A stretch of 44,025 bases of DNA from an uncultured Flavobacterium sp. (GTDB taxonomy: Bacteria > Bacteroidota > Bacteroidia > Flavobacteriales > Flavobacteriaceae), in the NCBI GenBank assembly GCA_964579755.1, contig CAZOHO010000001.1, positions 1 through 44,025 on the forward strand. The letters are read 5' to 3'. The notes under the pieces are model-generated. The model was not told where the DNA came from. It saw nothing but the letters and a program-made list of their open reading frames with translations, and searched no databases. The translations under genes and the position numbers were made by a program. Positions 28,512 through 36,308 of this stretch are shown here, piece by piece (within the stretch, counting starts at the first letter, position 1; the number at the start of each line of letters is the position of its first letter).

Positions 28512-30377
28512 TTATTTCTTTCTAGAAAATAAATTTTCAGGATGTACTAATTGGTTCAATTGCTGTTTTAAGTCTTCTTTCAATAACTGCATTCCCAACT
28601 GAAACGAAGCATTCATCCAACCAAAACCTTCTCTTGTGATGTACTCAAAATCGGTTCCTTGATTGCCATACTCGGCAAAAACTTTATGTGAAGCAATTTC
28701 AACATCATACTTTTCTGGTACAGTTCCATTATAATCACAGGCATTTTTGGTAATCATCCACAACCAACGATAGACTAATTCTTGAGTCAAATCGTGATAC
28801 CCATAATTTTCTAAGCCTTGCCAAATAATCATTTGATGAGGAGCCCAACCATTTGGGAAATCCCATTGACGTTTCATTTGATCATCACTAATTTGTGCCA
28901 AAGCTTCAGGAGCACAGCCCGCAATACCACCAGCAAAAATCAACTTTGGTAATTGTTTTTCAACCATTTGTTGCGCTTGTTCAGGCGAAGCAATTTTTGC
29001 CCAAAGTGGAAAAAAACTCGTGGCCGATAAAAACAGATGTTGTGACTTTGTTTCAATATTATAATCAAAATAACAATGCTGTTCTTCATTCCAAAGCAAC
29101 TGATTCATCAACTCTTTTCGCGATGAAGCCTTATCTAACCAATATTGGCAGTTGTATTTTTTAGTATTGTATTCTAACTCATTATTAAAATAAGTTGCAA
29201 CACTATGAGCAAAATCTGTTTCGTACTTATAGAGCATTGCATTCAACTCCACTACATTGAGAGAAGCGCAAATTCCTTCCAAACGATAACTCGTGTCATG
29301 TCCACTTTCTCTCACACTTCGGTCGTGAACAAAATAAGCATCTAATTCTGGATTTTGGATTTTTCTTTGGTAATACCCTCTTTCGTAATCTGGAATGGGC
29401 ATTTGCAAAGCCGCAGCATAAGGTTTGAGAATATCATCATAATGGCCTTCTTCGGTTTCAGGAGGCAATCCAATTCCTTCTGCTAAATACCGATTTAATC
29501 CATTCGAGATCAATCTTTTATTAGCCTGCATCCAAACCGTTTCATACTCATGGATAGCCACCGATATATTTTCTTTAAGCCATTCCAAGTCTTTAACAGG
29601 CATTGTCTCAAAAACTTCAATAACCATACTAGAAAAAAACGGAGGTTGTGTTCGGGTTAAATAGTAGGATCTATTGGCATTCAAAATTTTACCGTAATGC
29701 TGAATTTGGTAAGCAAAATTTTCAACCATACTTTTGGCCAATGCTAACTTACCATCAATCAATAGTCCGATATTTTCAAAATAACTATCCCAACCATACA
29801 TTTCATTAAATCTTCCACCAGGAACAACAAAGGGTTTTCCAACTAATTTTCCTGATTTTTCTTCTAATTTCAACGACAAAACTCCTCCAAAATCATTAAT
29901 TCCGCTTACATATTCTGGCGTGATTTTTTCTGGAAGTTGCACTACTTGGAATTGGTATTTTTGTGCCAATTGAGAATAAAAATCAAAAGCTACCGCATCG
30001 GTAAACGGCACATAAACAATTGGAGTACCTGACTTTGATTTGACATCAGTAAGAATATTTTGAAGTCCTTCTTCGTCCATTGTTCTGGTCAAACCATCCC
30101 AAAAATAGTCCTTAATTACTCTTGACAATCTATCGGCAGGCAACTCAAAAACCTTTTCGGATTCAATGAAATCAAGCCCGCTTTCTTTTGCTAAGATTAA
30201 TTCTTGCAAAAGATTAGACAACGGATATGTTCCTTCAACTACTATTTTTTCTCCTTCAGCAATAAGCGTAAATGCCTTAGGCCCTTTGTCTTCAATCGTG
30301 ATACGTTTGTCTCGATCAGAATCTTCCTGAAGAAGCAGTTGATGAAGAATTTCGTCAATATTAAGCTGTAACTTCAT
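28512..30377 (-). CDS. Alpha,alpha-trehalase, GH37, neutral-trehalase type, cytoplasmic
   Basis: VPGGRFNEMYGWDSY, NANRSYYLTRTQPP, RESGHD, QWDFPNGWAPHQ, EKYD, EGFGWMN. No signal peptide. Confidence 0.95.
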   Translation of the reverse strand: MKLQLNIDEILHQLLLQEDSDRDKRITIEDKGPKAFTLIAEGEKIVVEGTYPLSNLLQELILAKESGLDFIESEKVFELPADRLSRVIKDYFWDGLTRTMDEEGLQNILTDVKSKSGTPIVYVPFTDAVAFDFYSQLAQKYQFQVVQLPEKITPEYVSGINDFGGVLSLKLEEKSGKLVGKPFVVPGGRFNEMYGWDSYFENIGLLIDGKLALAKSMVENFAYQIQHYGKILNANRSYYLTRTQPPFFSSMVIEVFETMPVKDLEWLKENISVAIHEYETVWMQANKRLISNGLNRYLAEGIGLPPETEEGHYDDILKPYAAALQMPIPDYERGYYQRKIQNPELDAYFVHDRSVRESGHDTSYRLEGICASLNVVELNAMLYKYETDFAHSVATYFNNELEYNTKKYNCQYWLDKASSRKELMNQLLWNEEQHCYFDYNIETKSQHLFLSATSFFPLWAKIASPEQAQQMVEKQLPKLIFAGGIAGCAPEALAQISDDQMKRQWDFPNGWAPHQMIIWQGLENYGYHDLTQELVYRWLWMITKNACDYNGTVPEKYDVEIASHKVFAEYGNQGTDFEYITREGFGWMNASFQLGMQLLKEDLKQQLNQLVHPENLFSRKK

Positions 30378-31587
30378 TTTTAGCTGTCAATTTTTTTAAT
30401 ATAAAAAAGGAAACTAGTAGGAGTAACATCGGAATTAGCGTGTAATAAAACGCATTTTCTGGACCTTCATTTTTGAACAAATACCCAATAATTCTTGAGC
30501 CTAAAGTTCCTCCTAAAGCAGAAAAAACAACAATCAAACCTGTCATTGCGCTATGTAGTTTTTTTGGTAAAGCACTCAAAACTACCGAATTTAATAGTGG
30601 GTAAATTGGTGCAATAAAAAGACCCACTAACGGAAAGGCAAATCCGATTAAGGGAATATCGGCTAAGGAATTGATTTCTTGTACTTGCAGTCCGACTGTT
30701 TTTGGCAAAACAAAAACAACTACCAGCATCGCCATAACGATACAAAAACTGAGTACCCAAATCCAATTTATTTTTTTAGTAATAATACCCGCAAGTATTC
30801 GGCCTGCAGCAAGGCTAATCGCCAAAATACTAGCCATCATAATACTTATATTTTCAGGTAGATGCAGCACTTTACTGTTGAATGTTGGCAACCAAGACAT
30901 AATACCTTGTTCGATCATTACAAACAAAAAGGCACTGATCACAAACACAATGGTTAATAATTTAGCTAACAAAGCAACCATTTGGGCAAAGTCATCGGCT
31001 AAATTAACTCCAGTAATATCTTTGGTTTCTTCAAATTGGGTAAAAAATAAAAATCCAAACGAAACCACTGTCAATCCTGCCAACAACCAATACACATTCA
31101 ACCAAGAATCTGGGTTGTCATTTGAATTGAAAGCGGGAAATAAGAAATAAGCCAAGGCAATTCCAATCATAAAAACTCCTTCGATACTGCTCATCAAGCT
31201 ATTATGCTCTTGCTGATTCTCAGTAACTGTTCCAATAAGAGAATAAACCGAAACTTTAATCAAAGCAAAAGAAACTCCTACTGTAGCAAATAAAATTTTA
31301 GCGGCATTAAACGAATTGCCAAAATACATACTCAAACAAGCCACCGCCACTAAAGCTAACCCTATGAGCATAGCTTTTTTATAACCAATTCTTGGCAAAA
31401 AAGAGGCCAACAAAAACGAAACAATCGCAATAGGCAAATCCTTAAAAGCCTCTAAAATACTAGCTTGCAATTCATCTACACCATAATTTGCTTGCGATTT
31501 AAGAATCACAATTCCTACACTGTTGAGCAAAATTGCAAAAACAAAGTAGTTCAAATACATGGCTAATTTTATGGCACCTTTTTTCAT
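30361..31587 (-). CDS. MFS sugar transporter (FucP/glucose-galactose-like)
   Basis: About 12 TMs, LPRIGYKKAM, EQGIMSWLPTF, APIYPLLNS. Overlaps the trehalase start. Confidence 0.85.
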   Translation of the reverse strand: MKKGAIKLAMYLNYFVFAILLNSVGIVILKSQANYGVDELQASILEAFKDLPIAIVSFLLASFLPRIGYKKAMLIGLALVAVACLSMYFGNSFNAAKILFATVGVSFALIKVSVYSLIGTVTENQQEHNSLMSSIEGVFMIGIALAYFLFPAFNSNDNPDSWLNVYWLLAGLTVVSFGFLFFTQFEETKDITGVNLADDFAQMVALLAKLLTIVFVISAFLFVMIEQGIMSWLPTFNSKVLHLPENISIMMASILAISLAAGRILAGIITKKINWIWVLSFCIVMAMLVVVFVLPKTVGLQVQEINSLADIPLIGFAFPLVGLFIAPIYPLLNSVVLSALPKKLHSAMTGLIVVFSALGGTLGSRIIGYLFKNEGPENAFYYTLIPMLLLLVSFFILKKLTAKNEVTA

Positions 31588-31598
31588 AGATATAAAAG

Positions 31599-32537
31599 TT
31601 ATTTGTGAGCTCCCAAATACTCTTGAATATTAATTCCTTCTGGAAGCCTGCCCACGTTTTGTAATTTTAAAACAGCTAATTTTTGGGCAATAGTAATCGT
31701 TTCTTCAAAATCTTTACCCAACAAACGAGCATACAAAAAACCTGTCCAAAAAGCATCTCCTGCCCCTGTTGTATCTTTAATATCGTCTATTCGAGTGGCT
31801 TGTTGATGAAACATCCCGAATTCTTTGTCGGACAAAACAACGCCGTCTTTCCCTTTGGTCAAACAAATCGTTGAAGCGCCTAATTCATGAAAATAGTCAA
31901 AAATATAATCTTCGGTTTTTGAAGCGGCAAAAAGTCGATAGCAATCGTCTTCGCTTAATTTTACCAAAGGATTGGTTGACAAATACTCTCGCAACACTTG
32001 TTTGGCTTCTTCTCTGTCAGGCCAAATGCGTTCCGAAAAGTTAATGTCAATGCTGGTTTGTAATCCTAAAGCTTTGGCTTTTTTAGCACTTTCTACAATC
32101 GTATTTCGGGCTGGATTTTTACTTAATGCAAAACAAGTGGTGTGAAAAATTTTAGCACTTTCCAACAATTCATCCGGAATTTGAGAAGGTAAAATTTGGT
32201 AATCGGCTTCTCTATACGGAATAAAATCAGGTGTCCCAGTTGACTTAGAAACAAAAATTACCGAAGTAGGCTCTGTTTCTGATTTTCGAACCTGCGATGT
32301 AATAACATGGTTATCTTTTAACTTTCTCACGATATATTCGCCCAAGCCATCTTCACCACAAGTCGCCACTATAACCGATTTTAATCCCAAACGAGTGGCG
32401 TTTACAGCAACGTTTGTTGGCGAACCTCCTAAAAAACGGTGGTAATCTTTGGTTCTGTTAATTGATGTATTTACTTCATGGCCTATAAAATCTATAAGCA
32501 CTTCCCCTGCACATATAAGGTCAACTGTTTTTTCCAA
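31599..32537 (-). CDS. PfkB family carbohydrate kinase (fructokinase-like)
   Basis: GEVLIDF, GGSPTNVA, DTTGAGDAF. TTG start. Confidence 0.93.
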   Translation of the reverse strand: MEKTVDLICAGEVLIDFIGHEVNTSINRTKDYHRFLGGSPTNVAVNATRLGLKSVIVATCGEDGLGEYIVRKLKDNHVITSQVRKSETEPTSVIFVSKSTGTPDFIPYREADYQILPSQIPDELLESAKIFHTTCFALSKNPARNTIVESAKKAKALGLQTSIDINFSERIWPDREEAKQVLREYLSTNPLVKLSEDDCYRLFAASKTEDYIFDYFHELGASTICLTKGKDGVVLSDKEFGMFHQQATRIDDIKDTTGAGDAFWTGFLYARLLGKDFEETITIAQKLAVLKLQNVGRLPEGINIQEYLGAHK

Positions 32538-32579
32538 TTTAGACTAATAATTAAAATTTGTATTTGTGTTATAGTTGCT

Positions 32580-33878
32580 CTATTGAGTAACTTTTTTTGA
32601 TTTTATCAAAAGCGTACAAAATGCACCAATTAATAACAAAACTCCTGCAAAAGCTATAGCTAATCTAGCATCATTATTTAAAAAATTTTTCATGATATAT
32701 CCAAAAGTAAGGTTTTGGAATATCATTGGAATTACAATCATCATGTTAATAATCCCCATATAAACGCCATATCGTTCTTTAGGTATATTATTAACGATGA
32801 TTAAATACGGAATACCCATCATACTTGCCCAACCAATTCCATATCCAATAATTACTCCAAAAAACACATATTCATTGTGGATAGATGGAAAAATTAAAAA
32901 GCTAATTCCGGCTAAAATTAAACAAGCAAAGTGGACTAATTTTGGACTGTGTTTTTTAGCCAATTTTGCCAAATAAAAGGCTACTGAAAAAGTTATTATA
33001 AATCCAAAAGCTCCAATTAAGCCATTCCATTCAACTGCATTTTCATAAAGAGTTTTATTTTTCGGGGTAGTATTCCAAACCGAAAGGGCGATACTTTTTG
33101 CATTATTTTGCCAATAGCACATTAACGCATACCATTGAAATAAATACACTAAAAATAACTGCCACATTACTTTAGGCATCTCTAAAACCGCTTTGTAAAT
33201 ATCTATAAAGGGAGAGAATATATTTAATGGCTCAGCTTTAAGTTGTTCCAATTCTACTTGTGTTGGTGGTATTTCTGGTGTTTTTTTCATACTCCACCAA
33301 ATAGAAGTGATAGATAATACTGATCCTAGAAAAAAGGAAGCGTAAATCCAATTTGGTAAAGCCCCTGTATATCCTACAAAAACTATTGGAAATAGGAAAA
33401 GAGAAATATAGGATAAAAACTGTCCAAATCCAGTAAAGAAACTTTGAGCCTGAAAACCTGTAGGTTGTTGTTCTTCATCTAATGTATCGGCAACGAAAGC
33501 TCTGTAAGGCTCCATAGCTGTGTTATTTCCAACATCTAATAATAACAATAATCCAGCCGCCATCCATAATGAACTACTAAATGGATATAGTAATAATGCC
33601 AAACTACAAATCATAGCGCCTATAAAAAAATAAGGTTTACGTCGTCCCCAACGTGGATGCCAAGTTTTATCACTCATTGCTCCGATGATGGGCTGAATTA
33701 ACAAACCAGTTAATGGACCTGCAAGATTCAAAATTGGAATTTGATCTGGATTAGCTCCTAAAAAATCATAAATAGGATTGACTGCACTTTGCTGCAAACC
33801 GAAACTATATTGGATACCAAAAAATCCAACATTCATATTAATTATTTGCCAAAAACTTAATTTTAATTTTATACTCAT
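32580..33878 (-). CDS. MFS/GPH disaccharide transporter (SLC45/sucrose-maltose-like)
   Basis: LSFWQIINMNVGFFGIQ, QPIIGAMSDKTW...GRRKPY, NTAMEPYRA, GVYMGIINM. Confidence 0.88.
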   Translation of the reverse strand: MSIKLKLSFWQIINMNVGFFGIQYSFGLQQSAVNPIYDFLGANPDQIPILNLAGPLTGLLIQPIIGAMSDKTWHPRWGRRKPYFFIGAMICSLALLLYPFSSSLWMAAGLLLLLDVGNNTAMEPYRAFVADTLDEEQQPTGFQAQSFFTGFGQFLSYISLFLFPIVFVGYTGALPNWIYASFFLGSVLSITSIWWSMKKTPEIPPTQVELEQLKAEPLNIFSPFIDIYKAVLEMPKVMWQLFLVYLFQWYALMCYWQNNAKSIALSVWNTTPKNKTLYENAVEWNGLIGAFGFIITFSVAFYLAKLAKKHSPKLVHFACLILAGISFLIFPSIHNEYVFFGVIIGYGIGWASMMGIPYLIIVNNIPKERYGVYMGIINMMIVIPMIFQNLTFGYIMKNFLNNDARLAIAFAGVLLLIGAFCTLLIKSKKVTQ

Positions 33879-33946
33879 TGGGTTTAGTTTATTTGGTTAG
33901 CACATAAAAGTAGTTTGAAAATACCAATCTGAAACCCAATTCAAGC

Positions 33947-33981
33947 AAAAAACGTTTTCGCAATAGGCGAAAACGTTTTCG
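33947..33981. promoter_or_regulatory. Tandem LacI-family-type operators
   Basis: Perfect palindrome CGAAAACGTTTTCG at 33968-33981 and a near copy AAAAAACGTTTTCG at 33947-33960, both CG-centred, upstream of sugar genes. Confidence 0.7.
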
Positions 33982-34012
33982 AGTTGATGAGATGATGAAA
34001 TGTAATTTTATC

Positions 34013-34924
34013 TTATTTTTTAGCAAAAGGAATTATAATTTTAGTTTCCCATTCCAATTCATTACCACCATTGAACGGATTGGCTAAGAAATTTTCTACT
34101 ACTTTGGATTCCAATGCTATATTTTCTTTTTTGGCATAATCTAATAAAGCAAACCAAGCCCTGTCAGAAGTTCTAAAATTTCCAAAATAAGTTGCCTTTA
34201 ATCCTTTGGCAGCAGGAATTGTTTTGAATTTTACTTTTGGATTTGCAACAAATTTGGCATCCTTAGGTATTGGAAAACAATAATTAAATTGAAGTGTTTC
34301 TTTGTCTTGATCCCAATTAGTTACTTCTACAAAAGGCTTTCCAATAATTTTAATGTTATTTCTAAACAAATAGCCCGTAATAACAGCATCATTCGCTATC
34401 ATCGTTTGTGCTTTTTCTTGCATTACACTTTTAAGGCTTATGTAAGCAATGTAATCAGCAGTTGATTCACCTTCGCCATCAATCCTAACCTTAAACGCTT
34501 TCAAATGCTCATCTAATCCAACTTTGAAATCTTTGACGCGTTCAATTTGTTTTTCACGGAAAGGTGTCGAGACAAACGGAGCTGTAAGTTTATTGTACCA
34601 ACTGTGATTTTTGTCTTTTATATCAACTACAATTTTAGTAGTGGAATCGTTTACTGAAGTAAGCGTCCAAGTATACACTACATGTTCGTCCCCTTTTTTA
34701 AGTTCTTGTTTAATAAAATCGAAGTTTCTTTTTTCTAAAGTGGTATAACTTTCTGTATTGGATTTTGTCTTAGTTGCAGCCCATTCTTGAATGCCTTGAT
34801 AAATTGTTCCAGTAGCAGTTTTGGCTTCAAAACGAATGGTATAATCGGAAGGCTTCAATAAAAAATACCAAGCAAAAAAAGCGATTAGAATGAAAAAAAT
34901 TGATCCTTTAATTTTAGTGTTCAT
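34013..34924 (-). CDS. Membrane-anchored GyrI-like small-molecule-binding domain protein
   Basis: N-terminal TM. C-terminal LKATYFGNF..SDRAWFALLDY and VENFLANP...WETKIIIP resemble a GyrI-like domain. Confidence 0.7.
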   Translation of the reverse strand: MNTKIKGSIFFILIAFFAWYFLLKPSDYTIRFEAKTATGTIYQGIQEWAATKTKSNTESYTTLEKRNFDFIKQELKKGDEHVVYTWTLTSVNDSTTKIVVDIKDKNHSWYNKLTAPFVSTPFREKQIERVKDFKVGLDEHLKAFKVRIDGEGESTADYIAYISLKSVMQEKAQTMIANDAVITGYLFRNNIKIIGKPFVEVTNWDQDKETLQFNYCFPIPKDAKFVANPKVKFKTIPAAKGLKATYFGNFRTSDRAWFALLDYAKKENIALESKVVENFLANPFNGGNELEWETKIIIPFAKK

Positions 34925-34939
34925 TGTAGTTATTTTTTA

Positions 34940-36298
34940 TTATTTTGATTTAAAAAAACTGATTTCTTTATTAATATAATTTCCTAAATTCGTTCCTTGA
35001 ACTACCCCGTTTTCAATAGCGGCTCGATAATGAATTCCTCCATACAACCTACTCATTGAAGCTTCTGAAGCCGCTTGTTTGAATGACTTGAAATTTCTTT
35101 TTGGCAACCCAAATGGAATTTCTGAATCGTCTGTATAACTAAAATTATCTCCAAATATTGACGTTAATATAACTGACGAACAAGACGAAACCACCGAATG
35201 TCCACTTGTATATTCTGGAAATGGAGGAGTTTGCAACTGCGGTTTCCAATCTTCATCAATGTATAAATTAATATAGGTTTCTGGGCGAATCACATTGGTT
35301 CTGTATTTTTCATGCCAACAGCTAATAAAACTTTCAAAAATACCTATTGATGCTTTTGTATAAGCAAAAACCGTAGTCTCAAAATTTGATTTTGTTTTCT
35401 TTAAAGCAATCTTAGTAATATTGATCCAGTGTGCATCGGGTGTGTTTTTCTTTTTTGCAAACATCATATGACCCTGAGTAACTGTTGCATAAGGATTACA
35501 ATCCCAAAAGGTTGCAATTGCAGATTCTTCAGGAATTATATCTGTTTGGGCATTTTCAATTTTCAATAATTTTTCGGAAATCATATTCCCAACATCATAG
35601 GTTTCTTTTGCTTCTTTGTAAAACAAAGAGTTTTTATCAGTAGAAAAAGGATGAGGCGCTTTTGGTTTAAATTGTGAAGCAGAATCCATTACCAAAGTTC
35701 GTATTTCTCCCCAATGTGGTTCTATACCGTCCATATAAGCAGGCGGAGTAGGTTGCCATCTCCCTGCTTGATCAGTATGAACCGAATATTTTGGAAAAGT
35801 TCTAGTTTGTTTATAGTTGTCTTTACCCATCCAAATTTTAATTCTATCTACTACTTTTAATGCATACGCTTTAGAAACTTCAAATTCTTTTGGGTTTTCA
35901 GATCCCCACTTTTCGTACAAACTATCTCTATACTTTTCTAATGCTTCTTCCGAAAAAATCAATTGTTTACTTACTTCCATATGAGCAATTAAAGCAGCTA
36001 GTTTCTGATTCACTCCACTTTTAGTATCTAATACTGGAATTGAATCCAATCCTTTTAACTGCCCCTGAAGACTTTCATATTTATTACTGTTTTGTGCAAT
36101 AATCTCATAAGCTGCCACATTAGGATAAACATAAATTCTACTTGCAACAGGTGGAGAAAAAATATCATGTACCATAATTCCGGTTACTGTATCAACAGCT
36201 GCACAATAATCATCGGTTGTCACAACAATTGGTTGCTCTTTTTTACAAGCGCTAAAAAGAACCAATAGCAAACCTAACAGAGTAATTTTAGTTTTCAT
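34940..36298 (-). CDS. Vanadium-dependent haloperoxidase / PAP2 superfamily lipoprotein
   Basis: Lipobox FSAC, K-x6-RP (KYRTNVIRP), PPFPEYTSGHS, SR-x5-H (SRLYGGIH), and WQPTPP. Confidence 0.88.
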   Translation of the reverse strand: MKTKITLLGLLLVLFSACKKEQPIVVTTDDYCAAVDTVTGIMVHDIFSPPVASRIYVYPNVAAYEIIAQNSNKYESLQGQLKGLDSIPVLDTKSGVNQKLAALIAHMEVSKQLIFSEEALEKYRDSLYEKWGSENPKEFEVSKAYALKVVDRIKIWMGKDNYKQTRTFPKYSVHTDQAGRWQPTPPAYMDGIEPHWGEIRTLVMDSASQFKPKAPHPFSTDKNSLFYKEAKETYDVGNMISEKLLKIENAQTDIIPEESAIATFWDCNPYATVTQGHMMFAKKKNTPDAHWINITKIALKKTKSNFETTVFAYTKASIGIFESFISCWHEKYRTNVIRPETYINLYIDEDWKPQLQTPPFPEYTSGHSVVSSCSSVILTSIFGDNFSYTDDSEIPFGLPKRNFKSFKQAASEASMSRLYGGIHYRAAIENGVVQGTNLGNYINKEISFFKSK

Positions 36299-36308
36299 TT
36301 TTTATAAT

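Noticed and set aside
30671-31150. 159-aa plus-strand ORF, and the other short antisense or off-frame ORFs in the track
   Set aside because: All lie inside well-supported genes and read as shadow frames with no recognisable motifs.
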